A stretch of DNA of 64,000 nt from Octopus vulgaris (lineage: Eukaryota): the NCBI GenBank assembly GCA_951406725.2, contig OX597824.1, positions 73,842,001 to 73,906,000 on the forward strand, in the 5' to 3' direction. Of this stretch, positions 41,340 to 54,670 are shown in pieces. The position numbers and the translations under genes were made by a program. The notes under the pieces are model-generated. The model was not told the DNA's origin and did not search any database. It worked only from the letters and a program-made list of their open reading frames with translations. Positions within the stretch are counted from its first letter, which is position 1. Each line of letters starts with the position of its first letter.

Positions 41340-41892
41340 GGTGGCTGCCCCCTCGTTATCGAGTATGGCCATTGCACGAAGCTTAATCAATATTGTTATC
41401 GTGCAATGCCTGTGCAAGAAGATTTTTTTTAAAGTGAGGAAAGGCTGTGCACTGAGTCAATCCCACTCACTAAGCAACAGCAGCCATAATCCGAAAAGAA
41501 GAACAAGTCAACATCATCGGTAACCACTGAGGCGCAGGTTTTATGCCGGAGTTATCCCAGTTACTTGAGTTACCTTCTCCTAGAAGGATGCCCTAACAAA
41601 GGCTAGGAGTTCTTCACTCCCAATCGTTTAACCGCGCGATCGGGTATTCAGTCCGATTATTTCTATGTCCCCGCGCATGATACAGCCTTAAGACATTTAT
41701 TGAATGGCCGTTGACTCTCAAGAGTTCCTCCGCCTTTTGACGGGTTTTGTTTTTCATCCCGCAGGGTGTCCAATAAACACCCTCCTCACCAAGTAAGCTT
41801 GGTGGGGTTGCCGGTTTAGTCGCCGACGACCCGACCATGCAACAGGTTGTATTGGGTTACATGTTACCAGTAGCACTCGAAAGTGACCTGAC
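41340..41892 (-). mobile_element. RTE-related non-autonomous element, longer copy
   Basis: Reverse complement of 37312-37770 with about 90 additional 5' bases. Confidence 0.6.
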
Positions 41893-42447
41893 ATAAACAT
41901 ACATGCATACGTACGTACATAAAGACAGACGAAATACTGCTAAGCATTTCACCCGGCTTGCTAACGTCTCTGCCAGCTCGCCGCCTTTTTCCCATTAGGA
42001 TATTAATAGTTGACAAACAATAACGAACTTTGTATAGTGGTGATATCTGTTTATATTTCTGGGTGGTTGGAAGAGAATGGAAGACCTAAGGATGAAGTAG
42101 AGTGGGGTGGGATGGGGATTGAGGGGAAATAGATAATAATAATATGAATATTATTATTATTATTATCCTTGAATACCTTTGGTGTATATAATACTGTAGT
42201 CGCTAGGTACGGTAATTTTGTTCACGAGGCAATAGTTTCCTTGTGGCTATATACATAACATACGTACATCCATACATACATACATACGCACGCACGTACG
42301 TACATCTATATGTTTACACACACAGACACACTGACACACTGTCCGGCGATGGCTTAGCCGGCCGAAACTTCGAAATCACTGTCAATACTCTATAAAAGTA
42401 TGGAGTAATCCTTTAGATTAATGTAAAATTGTTTTTATCACAACTGA

Positions 42448-42808
42448 ACATACGTACGAACATACATACATACATACATACATACATACATACATACATA
42501 CATACATACATACATACATACATACATACATACATACATACATACATACATACATACAAACATACATACATACATACATGCATGCATATATACATACATA
42601 CATACATACATACATACATACATACATACATACATACATGCATACATACATACATGCATACATACATACATACATACATACATACATACATACATACATA
42701 CATACATACATACATACATACATACATACATACATGCATGCATGCATACATACATACATACATACATACATACATACATACATACATACATACATTCACG
42801 CATGCATG
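42448..42808. repeat. (TACA)n microsatellite, about 360 bp
   Basis: Directly visible. Confidence 0.95.
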
Positions 42809-43015
42809 CAGTACCAACCCTCATGTAGGGCCTCACCTGAGTTATTTTTGATATTTCTTCCCCTTCTTCTTCCATTTCCTCCTCCCCTTCTCTTCCTCCA
42901 CTCTATCCCCCTCTTCATCGTCCTCCTCTCCCGTTTAATTCTTTATATTATTTTACTGTTTTAATTTTTTTTTAAGTTTCATTTATTGATGGGTTTTTTT
43001 CTTCTTCTCTAGATC

Positions 43016-43234
43016 ATGGAACCAAATACAAAACAGGTATACGATAACCAAAACGATAAAGACTCTACATCGTCCGTCCAGATTAGCGACGTGACACTCA
43101 TTTCTTATGTCCCTATAATGATGAGTTGTCAGACATTAATGCATCTTTACGCACATTCACGTATCGAGGAAGAATATAGTGAAAAGCAGGGTTTCTCTTC
43201 GGTGTATCAAGATTTCGTGAAAATAAACGAGGAG
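43016..43234 (+). CDS. SLC46/PCFT-like MFS transporter, coding exon 1
   Basis: Polypyrimidine + AG at 43011-43012, ATG at 43016, MEPNTKQ...VKINEE|gtaaga (phase 0), joining VQRLTSTW. Confidence 0.75.
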
Positions 43235-43254
43235 GTAAGATAAAACACTAATGT

Positions 43255-43415
43255 AACGGTGGAAGAGTGGTATGAAGCTTGCTTCTCAACCACATGATTC
43301 CGGTTTCAGTCCCACTGCGTGACACATTCGACAAGTGTCTTCTATTATAGCCTCGAGCCAACCAAAGCCTTCTGAGTGTATTTGGGGGACGGAGACTAAA
43401 AAAGAGGCCCGTCGT
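43255..43415 (+). mobile_element. SINE family A, decayed 5' half
   Basis: caaccacatgattccggtttcagtcccactgcgtgacac...aagtgtcttctattatagcc. Confidence 0.65.
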
Positions 43416-43772
43416 ATACATACATACATACATACATACATACATACATACATACATACATACATACATACATACATACATACATACATACATACATAAG
43501 AAAGTGTGTCTATCTGTCTGTGTGTCTGCATGTGTGCATCACAAAAACTCGAGAACCAACCAGCCGATTTCATTCAAATTTTAGACATGCCTTACTTAGG
43601 GTCCATGCTGTGTCATGGGCCAAAAAATATTTCAAATTCTTGCCTAGTGCGTGCTAGGAGCAATCTATTATCTCTTACACTATTTGAGTATTATGTGTCA
43701 AAAGTGAAACAATAACATCTCTAGTGTAATGTGAGATAATACTTTCAGTTTAATACTTTCACTATTAGTCCT

Positions 43773-45354
43773 TGTTGTGTGGACGCCCCCAGACGATGAA
43801 GTAGGCTAGCTCAGTACGTAGATATAGAGGGAGAAGTTTAGACGTCGAGAGTAGCGTTGAGTAGCGGTGAGAGTCGAGCAGATTAGAGTTGAGTAGCAGG
43901 CATCCGAACGTGCGACATAACAGTGGCGATGATGATTTCGTAGCTCACACAGCCACTGTGTAGTATTGCGATATAACAGTGGTGACGAGGTTTCGAATTG
44001 TACCGAAATGGAAGAGTTACTGAAAGCAGTTGTAAAACAACAAGAGCAGCAGCAGCAGCAACTACAGAAGTTAACAGAATTGTTCCTGCAGTCGAGAAAT
44101 ACGACAGATTCATTTTCAGCAGATGGTGTTGCAAATTCCATCGAAGAATTTCATAACAATCCGGATGAAGGATACAATGAATCTCTTCGGGACAGATTTA
44201 ATGGAAGGATTCGACCTGAGGGATCTATCATTGAATACATTATGTAACAAGGTGAATGCGTCACAGTCTGTGTCAGAAAAAGCATCGGAAAAAATGAAAT
44301 TAAAATTGAAAAAGATGTACCCTAATATTTTTTCGAAAGAGCTCGGTATGTGTAAAAAATTAAATTAAGTTTGAGTTGAAAGAAAATGCGGTGCCGGTGT
44401 TCAAACCGAAAAGGAATGTACCTTTTGCGGCGTTAAATCAAGTTGAGAAGGAATTAAAAAGATTGGTAGACATGGAAGTAATTGAAAAAGTAGACTACTC
44501 TGAGTGGGCGGCTCCTACGGTACACATAGAAAAGAAGGTCAATGAGGTAAGAGTATGTACGGACTTCTCAACTGGTCTTAATGATTGTTTAAAAAATTAC
44601 AATTATCCTCTTCCAAACCCAGAAGAAATATTTGCTAAGTGCAATGGTGGGAAAATTTTTTCCAAGCTGGATTTGTCAGAGGCCTACCTCCAACTACTGG
44701 TAGATGAAGAATGTGCTAAAATATTAACAATCAATACTCATAAAGGTCTGTACCGTTTCAAAAGACTTCCATTTGGGGGTAAAGGTCGCACCAACATTTC
44801 AGCAAGTGATGGATACTATGCTAGCAGACTGTGGGTTCGCGGTTCCATACTTGGATGACATATTGATCAAAAGTGAATTTTTTAAACATAGGTGACAAAG
44901 TGTATTTTAAAATATATAGTAACGGAAAACAGGACTGGGAACAAGGAAGCATAACTGGACGTCTTGGTAACGTGATGTACATAGTAAAAGGACCAAAATA
45001 TGAACACAGAAGGCATTTAAACCAATTTTAAAAAAAATATACCAAAAATCAAGAGAGGCAAGAAGAACCAATGGATTTATGGTATGATTTGTTCCAGGTC
45101 CTAGAACCACAAGCAAAAGTGTTCGAGGTCCCAGAACCACAAGCAAAAGCAGAACCAACACGTAGGTCGAACAGGAAGAGAAAACCTACAGAAATGATGG
45201 AAATTAACACTAAGAGAAAAAGATATGCCAGTTTCTCACCGTAGAAATAAAATTGATAAATTCGGATTTAAAAAACTCAAAAGGGGGAGGTGTTGTGTGG
45301 GCGCCCTCAGACAATGAAGTAGACTAGCCCAATACGTAGATATAGAGGGAGAAG

Positions 45355-45355
<1 letters not shown>
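43773..45355 (+). mobile_element. Internally deleted Ty3/Gypsy LTR retrotransposon
   Basis: 5' LTR TG..CA 43773-43978; PBS tggtgacgagg; gag start MEELLKAV; RT WAAP..VRVCTDF..YPLP..FSKLDL..RLPFG, YLDD at 44848; PPT 45279-45290; 3' LTR begins at 45291 and is cut by (TATC)n. Confidence 0.9.
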
Positions 45356-45414
<59 letters not shown>

Positions 45415-45621
45415 GATAGATAGATAGATAGATAGATAGATATGTAGGAGACCAAAGTGTACGTACGCCGCTATATGTATATAAAAAAGGAATATAAAAA
45501 AATGGGGCAAGAATGCAACAGGCGACAACAAAACATCCAGACAATTAGATGATACAAAAGGGACAGGAAAAAACAAGGACGGGTCATTTGGAGTTTTTTT
45601 TCGTCAGTCGAGTACCGAATT

Positions 45622-45652
<31 letters not shown>

Positions 45653-46059
45653 GCTCACTCACATACTTACTAAATTCTGTCTACAAATTGAATCCGTGTA
45701 TTTCAATTAATCGTGCGTAAAAATCTTTGTTGTAACGGTTTTTGTACGTTCTCCCTGAAAAATAATTTAGTTATTTCTAATTTTTGTTTACCCGGCGTGT
45801 TTAAAATCAGTTTTGCCACATTTGCCTAAAAATTGACTTCAGTGTACTTCAATTTTGCCTTGCGTAAATATATTTGTCTCTACGGTATTTGTACGTTCTA
45901 CCAATAAAGAATGTCTGTGTGTTGCGTGTGTATTACGTATGCATTTCTACAGTTTTCAACCGATTTTCACCAAACTTTACATACAAATTACTTATGTGCC
46001 AAGGATGGTCATGTACTATAACATTTTGCCCAGAGCTCGAGGAAATCTACCGTCGAGGA

Positions 46060-46397
46060 AATCGACCCCCAGGACTTATTCTTTGTAAACCTAGTACTTA
46101 CTCTATCGGTCTCTTTTGCCGAACCGCTAAGTTACGGGGACGTAAACACACCATCATCGGTTGTCAAGCGACGTTGGGGAGACAAACACAGACACACAAA
46201 CATATATACACACATACATGTATACACATATATACGACGGGCTTCTTTCAGTTTCCGTCAACCAAATCCACTCACAAGGCTTTGGTCGGCCCGGGGCTAT
46301 AGTAGAAGACACTTGCCCAAGGTGCCACGCAGTGGGAATGAACCCGGAACCATGTGGTTGGTAAGCAAGCTACTTACCACACAACCACTCCTGCGCC
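46060..46397 (-). mobile_element. SINE family A close to the exon-2 acceptor
   Basis: Reverse copy ending ...accactcctgcgcc, about 55 bp before the acceptor. Confidence 0.8.
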
Positions 46398-46450
46398 TAT
46401 ATTGGTCTTCATACTGATTTTTATAACTTTTTCTGTTTTTTTTTTTTCAG

Positions 46451-47300
46451 GTGCAACGTCTAACGAGTACGTGGATGACCAATGCTTTATCCGTGGAATA
46501 TTTTATAAACATTTTTTCAATTCCTTTAATACATTTCATAAGCGAAGTTTTTGGTCGTAAAGTTGGCTTGCTGTTGTCTCTGAGCGGTACACTTGGAAAA
46601 GTCATAGTAATTACAGCAACGATGTTCTTCAAACTACCTTTGGACGTCTTGGTTTGGGCATGCGCTATCAATGGCATCACCGGAGGAACTGGTGGCTTCA
46701 TCACTGGTATAGTTTCGCACATTTCCGATAAAAGCAACCTCGGAAAATCCTGCTTCGATCATTTTTCAAGAATTCTGGCTTTAGCCATTGGAGTGTCCGG
46801 CATTTTTGCTGTTATCTTCGGTTATATAATGACTTCCTTTAGCAGAATCATCGTGTCTCTGTGTTTGGTGTATTTAGCTTTAGTCTGTGCAATCATTATT
46901 ATATTTCGTTTTGAGGAATCACAAAACAGAAACGCCAGCCAAATGAGTCCAACAATGAAATGTTCCTTTCGGGATTTATGGAATGTAGTGCCTATCAGAA
47001 AATTTTTATTGTTGTTCTTTTTCTTGTCAATGGCAGCCTTTAGTTATTTGCCTGCTGGAGGACAGACTATCTTTGTCACGCAGTTTTTTATTAACAAATC
47101 AGTTAACGCCTGCAACAACACCACGATCGGAATATACTTAGGTATTTTCGCTTTCAGCTTTTACATCACTCACTTCTTCGCAAGCATGGCAAAAATGGAG
47201 AATATAAGCAGTAATGTGATAATCGTTGGATGTCTTCTACTCGGGTTCGTCAGCAGTATTGTTCTTTCTTTCACAATGAGAATGTTCTTTTATCAAGCAG
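46451..47300 (+). CDS. SLC46-like transporter, coding exon 2 (850 bp)
   Basis: ttttttcag|GTG...caagcag|gtataa; several hydrophobic helices; MFS motif-A-like ISEVFGRK; GITGG; SHISD. Confidence 0.85.
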
Positions 47301-47539
47301 GTATAAACTCCTTTATTTCTTTCGCTTTCCCCCTTTTATCTTTCGTTTCTTCTTTTTTCTTTTTTCGTTTCTTTTATTTTCCTTTTTTTCTCACGTTGGC
47401 AGTGTTGTTCTTTTTTTAAATTCATAGTATTTTTTAAAAATCTTCTTCTGTAACTTTACAAAAATACAATAATCCGCATCATTAGTATTTAATCCAAGGT
47501 TACTAGGATGAAGTTTGCATCTCTATTTAAGACTTTTAA

Positions 47540-49090
47540 CTACCACAGTTATTTTCATCGAGTTTAGGGCTTTTAACTACCACAGTTATTTTCATCGAGG
47601 GGTACAGAACTCAGTATTACAAGTCAATGAACTTCAATGTTGTCCACACTTAAAAATTGACCCTACAATAATTGGCTCTGTTAATTCTCATCTTTTGGTC
47701 CCCCTAATCGTCCCTAAAAGACTTGCATATAGTTATTCTCTAATTGCTGCAATTCTTCTCACAGTCTCTCCCTGTCAACACATTTGGCTGAATGTCAACT
47801 GGTAACAATTTAAACAAAGATAAACTTTAATTATTCCATCCTTTATAATCCGTTTAGGCCAACAACTTTGCTTTTCTTCAGACCAACAAAAGAGGAATAC
47901 CATTCTTACAGAAGAATACAACAATACGTTGTGAATACTAAAGTCACTTAAGCTACCAACGCAATGACCAGTTCCTCGGTGTCTTTAGTCCAGGACACTG
48001 TGTGATAGGTATTCTTACTAAATTCTTGGTCGGAAGAATATACAATTTTGAATCAATCTTCCTTTGCATCGTTCCGTCAGAAAATTCAAAAGGCTTCTTA
48101 ATTATGGTCCACCTTCGGTCAGAACAGCGGACTGGTTTTGTAGTCCTGTCAGCTGATGCATATTACAGTTCTGTGTCCACTTCTGTTACAACTCGAGGCA
48201 GGTGTTCTATTGGGCATTTCGAAAAACCTACTTGTAGCCATTGACTACTCACAGATACCAAAGTATTGATTAAGAGCAACTGATGAAAAGTGAATTCGTT
48301 TTCCTTTTTCACCAAAATACTAATTTAACTATGAAGTATTAAATCAACTATGAAACATGGTCAATCTGTTGGGCAAAAATGATTTTGTTGATGGAACACT
48401 CGTTGAAAAAGTCTCCATCTTTGCTGCCTGCTTCGATCGCGTTTACCTCCGCAGTGTATGCACACAGCAAAAGACCTAAACTTTTATTTTGGATACCATC
48501 AGTCTCGCAATTTCCTTCACAGACTACCCATATTTGAAAAATCCTCTGATTGCTCCAACTCAACTAGGTGACCAGTTCTCTTCTTCTTTTCATCACTATC
48601 AAACAATAAGTTCCAGATCTACTTTCTTTCCTAATACACAAAGCAATTTTATTATTTATAAATTTACTACAATGTTTCTCATCCAAATATTTTTTTACCT
48701 ACTTCTCTTTCTTCCAACATCTTTGACAGTTTAAGGTCATAGAAATAGCTTCAAGCAATGGCTTCTGTCATTACTTTCAGTCTCTCTCTGTCAACAGCCG
48801 CCAGTACGACATCTATGAGGTAAGCTCTACCAGTAACTTACTCTCTTATGTCTCTCAACATTACATTTAAGAATCCAGCGAAGGCGATGTTGTATCACTC
48901 ACGTAAATCTACCTTCAGCTATGTCTGGCATGAGAACTTGGTAGTCTTCAACTTGGAAACTTTCTTGTCAGATCACACCATTACAGTGTATGCAGACGGT
49001 GTTCTCTCCAATCCGAACTCTATCAACGTTGATGTGTCTCAAGATTGGTCTCTTCCCAACACATTCTTTTCTTGAACTTCAGCGAGTTAC
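47540..49090 (+). mobile_element. Highly decayed Jockey/CR1-like LINE
   Basis: 48880-49075 reads STFSYVWHENL...FLSDHTITVYADGVLSNPNSINVDVSQ, resembling KAFDxVWH...FLS.R...GVPQG; the 5' extent is uncertain. Confidence 0.45.
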
Positions 49091-49391
49091 TTGCAAAATT
49101 ATTTAATTATTCGTTTATATAATTTTTACCGCAATTGTTTAACTATAGCATCGTTGGTTACAGATTTCCCACAGGACAATCACTGGTTTAACTGCATTTT
49201 GACAGTTTGGGTGACACGGAAGTATCTGCAACTTGGTGTAGAAAAAAATATCATAAAGGGAATTCGTGTGAAAAGCATCGGCATTTCGATTTTCACACCG
49301 GTGTTTATATCATTTACGTTTATTCAAAAGGAACCGATCTTTTTTAACCGGACATCAACTAACGTGGGCACAGTAATGTTGTGGTTGCTGT

Positions 49392-49788
49392 TTGTTTGTT
49401 TGTTGAGCGAAGCGGTCTTCGTTCCAGAGCTCGCAAGATCGCGCCTCAGTAGTGGGAGAAGTCCGAAACATTGGTCTTTTGCTATTCGTAAGACCCGCAG
49501 ACGAGAAAGCAGGTCAACCCCCGACACCGAGAGCATCGACGGATGGATGAATGCGCATCCAGGCTCAGCGGTTGCGTAGAACGTCGGGAACAGGAAACAG
49601 GAAGAAAGAGAGTGAGAAAGTTGGAGCGAAAGGGTACAACAGGGGTCGCCACCACCCCCTGCCAGAGCGTCGTGGAGCTTTAGGTGTTTTCGCTCAATAA
49701 ACACACACAACATCCGGCCTGGGAATCGAAACCGCGATCCTCCGACCGCGAGTCCGCTGCCCTAACCACTGAGCCATTACGCCTCCAC
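49392..49788 (-). mobile_element. SINE family B variant with 13-bp TSD
   Basis: ttgtggttgctgt at 49379-49391 and 49789-49801; (AAAC)n tail. Confidence 0.85.
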
Positions 49789-49901
49789 TTGTGGTTGCTG
49801 TGCTGTCTATGGAGGAACTTGACATTAGCCTGATAGTAGCCATATTACGCTTATGTCAGTTAGTCATCGATCGACGTGTGATAAAGTAAACAAGTTGAAA
49901 A

Positions 49902-50850
49902 ATGAAGGGATTAGAAGAGCAACGTGTTGATGGCAAATTCTGTTTTAAACTGCGTTAAACTTACACGAATACTTTTCTATGTTGTAACAACTTGGTGAGG
50001 AAGATTATCTGATCCGTGCGCAATGTTACGAATGGAAGCGGTATTCCAAATGAGTAAGAACATCTACTACAGACGATCCCAAATTTTCACGAACTTCACA
50101 GCGGCCTTATTTTTTTGGCCCGTAAAAATTGTCATCTGAGTGTGAAGTTTCTGAGGAAGATGGCATCCGTAAAAGTCGTATGATTTCAGCAGAAACATCG
50201 AAGATGCATCATGTTGCAACAAAATATGAGCACAAAAGGGAAAAAAGATTGAGTTACAGTCAGTTATAAGCTGTATGGTTGCTCGCATGTTGATTTAAAC
50301 ATTTTGAAAAGTGTCGTAACAGATGATAAAACATGGGTGTACGTCTACGATGTCGAAACAAAAAGACAATCGTTGCAATGGGCTGGGTCTCACTTCCAGA
50401 ACCACATATTGCACGCCTCCGACGTGAAATTAATGTTGATCATGTTTTGCTTTTTTTTTTTTCTTGGAAGGGCGTCGTCCATCATTAGTGATCGGACTAA
50501 TAAAGGGTTCTATTTGGATATTCTAAGGGATTTAGGAGAGGTAGTGCGAAGCAAGAGGTCTGAAGCATAGACAAACAAAACTTGGATGTTGCCCTCATGA
50601 CAGCGCCCCTACTAAGATACGTAACGTTTTAGCTAGGCAAGAAATGACTCTCATTGCCCCATCCGCCCTTGTCTCCAAATTTGGCCCCATACGGATGTTT
50701 TCTATTCTCAAAGTTGCGAACGAGCTTGAAGGGTCACTAATTCCAGACGTTAGAAAGAAATCATGAAAATTCGCAAGATCTGTACATTAATTCTGTAAAC
50801 ACGTCACTTGAGACCATTTTCCCAAACTGGAAAAATGTTGGGAACGGTGG
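49902..50850 (+). mobile_element. Mariner transposase relic
   Basis: EEQR..KFCFKL...RAQCYEW; KSVVTDDKTWVYVYDVETKRQSLQW; HDSAP; HPPLSPNLAP; many stops and frameshifts. Confidence 0.75.
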
Positions 50851-51061
50851 AGCGGGTATAGCATTGGTTGTGTGAACCTTTTGAAGCAAAATCGTAAGTA
50901 AAGCTTTCTTTATTAATGCTTCCTTTCATTTGGGCAAGATCTCTCTCTCTCTCTCTCTCTCACTCACTCACTCTCTCTCTCTTTCTCCCCCCCCCCCACA
51001 CACAGACACACACACATTCATGCTCTTATAATTGCTCTCTCTTTCTTTCTAACCTTTCTAG

Positions 51062-51145
51062 TTCTGGTGAACAACTTGGTTGTCTACACAGTAATGTATT
51101 TCATCGGCAGAGAGTTGTCTCTGCTTGTTGACGTCCGCTTACATG
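51062..51145 (+). CDS. SLC46-like transporter, coding exon 3 (84 bp, phase 1-1)
   Basis: ctttctag|TTCTGG...TTACATG|gtaaaa; VLVNNLVVYTVMYFIGRELSLLVDVRLHG. Confidence 0.75.
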
Positions 51146-51199
51146 GTAAAAATATAATTTTGTATTAAACTTTTTCACGAAGTCACTGAATCCTCTGAC

Positions 51200-51263
<64 letters not shown>

Positions 51264-51282
51264 CCCTCTCACCTCCTCTCTA

Positions 51283-51323
<41 letters not shown>

Positions 51324-51327
51324 TTTT

Positions 51328-51536
51328 TTCAACTCTAGGCACAAGGCTCGAAATTTTGGGGGAGGGGGCCAGTCGATTAGATCGACCCCAGTACGTAACT
51401 GGTACTTAATTTATCAACCCCGAAAGGATGAAAAGCAAAGTCGACCTCGGCGGAATTTGAACTCAGAACATAAAGACAGACGAAATACCACTAAGCATTT
51501 CGCCCGGCATGCTAACATTTCTTCCAGCTCACCGCC
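51328..51536 (-). mobile_element. Meta-domain SINE
   Basis: Full reverse copy. Confidence 0.8.
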
Positions 51537-51541
51537 TCTCA

Positions 51542-51638
<97 letters not shown>

Positions 51639-51904
51639 CTTCAGCAATGTAACTACATACATGCTGGTGATATTTTTTTCCTTCTTTGGACTTTTCCCTT
51701 TTCTCTTTTTTCCTTCCCGACAAAGAGCTATGTTCGAAACGTCAAAAGCTTTTTAGTGAGCATTAAACTAATACATTCCATGTGCACGTTCTCTTGTTGT
51801 TTGTTAGTGTTGTTATTTTTCATGTTCGTGTGTTTGATTTGATTATGTATATATATAACATACAGAAAATACTTTATTTTCCTTCTCCCGTTTTTTTTTT
51901 TCAG

Positions 51905-52061
51905 GTTGCCTTTATGCCCTGTTGTTCATCATCAATTTATGTGCTACGTCACTGACGCTACCTTTCCTCAATATGATATATAAGAGAACGCTCAGCCATT
52001 TTCCTGGTTCTCTATATTTTGCATATGCCGCGTTCTTTTTAATTGCAGCATCTTTTCAATT
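51905..52061 (+). CDS. SLC46-like transporter, coding exon 4 (157 bp)
   Basis: ttttttcag|GTTGCC...CAATT|gtaagc; GCLYALLFIINLCATSLTLPFLNMIYKRTLSHFPGSLYF... with the SLC46-type N.IY..T...FPG motif. Confidence 0.85.
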
Positions 52062-52109
52062 GTAAGCAGGCACTGATTTATTTTATTTATTTATTTATAT
52101 ATGAATTCT

Positions 52110-52360
52110 GTGAAGGCCCGCGGCTTAGTGGTTAGGGTGTCAGCTTCATGATCGTAAGATTGTGGTTTCGATTCCTGGACCTGGTGACGCGTCGTGTTCT
52201 TGAGCAAAACACTTCATTTCACGTTGCTCCAGTTCACTCAGCTGGCAAAAATGAGTAACGCTGCGATGGACTGGCGTCCCGTCCAGCTGGGGAACACATA
52301 CGCCATTGAAACCGGGAAACCGGACCCATGAGCCTGGCTAGGCTTTAAAAGGGCGCATTT
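52110..52360 (+). mobile_element. tRNA-derived CORE-type SINE
   Basis: ggcttagtggttaggg A-box; gtttcgattcc B-box; ttcttgagcaaaacacttcatttcac; (TTA)n tail. Confidence 0.7.
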
Positions 52361-52543
52361 ATTATTTTATTATTATTATATAAATTCTACTTACCGTTTT
52401 GATTTCTCCATGATTATTCACGGTGGTCAAAGGCGGCGAACTGGCAGAAATTTAATCAAGCTTAGCAGCATTTCTTCTGGCATTACACCCTGAGTTCCGC
52501 TGATTTCGATTTAGCCTTTCATCATTTCGGGGGTTGATTAAAT

Positions 52544-53851
52544 AAGTAAAAGTCGTACACTACTGTCGGTGTACCCGACTATCCCCTCTCCTAAAATTTC
52601 TGGCCCTGTGCCAAAATTTGAAATTATTATCAAGTAAAAGTCGTGCACTAGGGTCGCTGTACCCGACTATCCCCTCTCCTAAAATTGCTGGCCTTGTGCC
52701 AAAATTTGAAATTATTATCAAGTAGAAGTCGTGCACTAGGGTCGGTGTACCAGACTATCCCCTCTCCTAACATTGCTGGCCTTGTGACAAAATTTGAAAT
52801 TATTATCAAGTAAAAGTCGTGCACTAGGGTCGCTGTACCCGACTATCCCCTCTCCTAAAATTTCTGGCCTTGTGCCAAAATTTGAAATTATCAAGTAAAA
52901 GTCGTGCACTAGGGGCTGTACCCGACTATCCCCTCTCCTAAAATTGCTGGCCTTGTGCCAAAATTTGAAATTATTATCAAGTAAAAGTTGTGCACTAGGG
53001 TCGATGTACCCGACTGTCCCCTCTCCTAAAATTTCTGGCCTTGTGCCAAAATTTGAAATTATTACCAAGTAAAAGTCGTGCACTAGGGTCGCTGTACCCG
53101 ACTATCCCCTCTCCTAAAATTTCTGGCCTTGTGCCAAAATTTGAAATTATTATCAAGTAAAAGTCGTGCACTAGGGTCGGTGTAACGACTGTCCCCTCTC
53201 CTAAAATTGCTGGCCTTGTGCCAAAATTTGAAATTATTATCAAGTAAAAGTCGTGCATTAGGGTCGGTGTACCCGACTATCCCCTCTCCTAAAATTTCTG
53301 GCCTTGTGCCAAAATTTGAAATTATCAAGTAAAAGTCGTGCACTAGGGTCGGTGTACCCGACTATCCTCTCTCCTAAAATTGCTGGCCTTGTGCCAAAAT
53401 TTGAAATTTTTATCAAGTAAAAGTCGTGCACTAGGGTCGGTGTACCTGACTATCTCCTCTCCTAAAATTTCTGGCCTTGTGCCAAAATTTGAAATTATTA
53501 TCAAGTAAAAGTCGTGCATTAGGGTCGGTGTACCCGACTATCCCCTCTCCTAAAATTTCTGGCCTTGTGCCAAAATTTGAAATTATCAAGTAAAAGTCGT
53601 GCACTAGGGTCGGTGTACCCGACTATCCTCTCTCCTAAAATTGCTGGCCTTGTGCCAAAATTTGAAATTTTTATCAAGTAAAAGTCGTGCACTAGGGTCG
53701 GTGTACCTGACTATCTCCTCTCCTAAAATTTCTGGCCTTGTGCCAAAATTTGAAATTATTATCAAGTAAAAGTCGTGCACTAGGGTCGCTGTACCCGACT
53801 GTCCCCTCTCCTAAAATTGCTGGCCCTGTACCAAAATTTGAAATTATTATT
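52544..53851 (+). repeat. About 88-bp minisatellite (about 15 units) derived from a Meta-SINE 3' part
   Basis: Unit aagtaaaagtcgtgcactagggtcggtgtacccgactatcccctctcctaaaatttctggccttgtgccaaaatttgaaattattatc; follows the SINE head at 52431. Confidence 0.9.
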
Positions 53852-54188
53852 AAGGTGGTGACTGGCAGAATCGTTTGCACGCTGGGCAAAATGCTCAGCG
53901 GCATTTTTAAAAAGTTATATCCACAGGTTTTCTAAAGAAATTACAGCACTGACAGTTACGAAGATTCGTATACGAATACATCTGTATAAACAATTTGATC
54001 GAATAAAGGAATGGGTGCATATGCATATTTCACGAGTTATTGCTCCTTTTTCAGCACCACATCCAAACCATTAACTATCCACGAACGCATTGTAGAGATA
54101 AATTTTTAAAAAATTATCGAATCACACTGCTAACACACGTAGGACACACAGCATTGACTTACAAGCCTTTAATATACTTGTTTGCTAA

Positions 54189-54494
54189 TCTTTATATATA
54201 AAACTGTAGTTGTGTGTGTGTCTGTCCCCTTCGATTTAGATTCCTAACTACTCCCACATTTTGCGGTGCAGTTTAACCAAAAGCGGGTATCTTATAGTCG
54301 TGATTCATATCGAGCCCTTCTGGGTATTAGCGCGCGTCTACGATGAGTCTACGATTTAAAAAAAAAATTACCATCATTTTTCCGCATTTTTAATCCATTT
54401 TTCTCTCGGTTTTATATAAGGGAAGTAACTCTCTAAAAATGCTTATATAGTTATTTCCCTTACAAACCCGAGCAACGCCGGGTTATACTGCTAG
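54189..54494 (+). mobile_element. Non-autonomous Helitron
   Basis: A|TCtttatatataaaact...cccgagcaacgccggg..CTAG|T. Confidence 0.85.
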
Positions 54495-54499
54495 TGTTT

Positions 54500-54670
54500 T
54501 ATAAATACAAGGAATAGTTTTATTCATCAAAGTATGCACCCATATTGTCAATACACTTTTACCATTTCAGCGATAGTCAGTGGGGTCAAGATCAGGTGAG
54601 TATGGTGGACCATGAAGAACTTCCAACTCCGACTCCTGTAATTTCGCCAATGTCATTTTTGCGATGTGTA
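54500..54670 (-). mobile_element. Mariner 3' remnant
   Basis: HIAKMTLAKLQESELEVLHGPPYSPDLDPTDY...KCIDNMGAYFDE*. Confidence 0.75.

Noticed and set aside
42340-42385. ggc...gcc-GAAA-cttcgaa motif (similar at about 8960 and 580)
   Set aside because: CUGANGA is too degenerate and stem I is unsupported; at most a relic
47301-47419. C-terminal extension of the 322-aa ORF
   Set aside because: Read-through into a T-rich intron after the donor at 47301
52544-53851. CRISPR-like regular repeat
   Set aside because: Units are contiguous with no unique spacers, are SINE-derived and eukaryotic, and no cas genes are present
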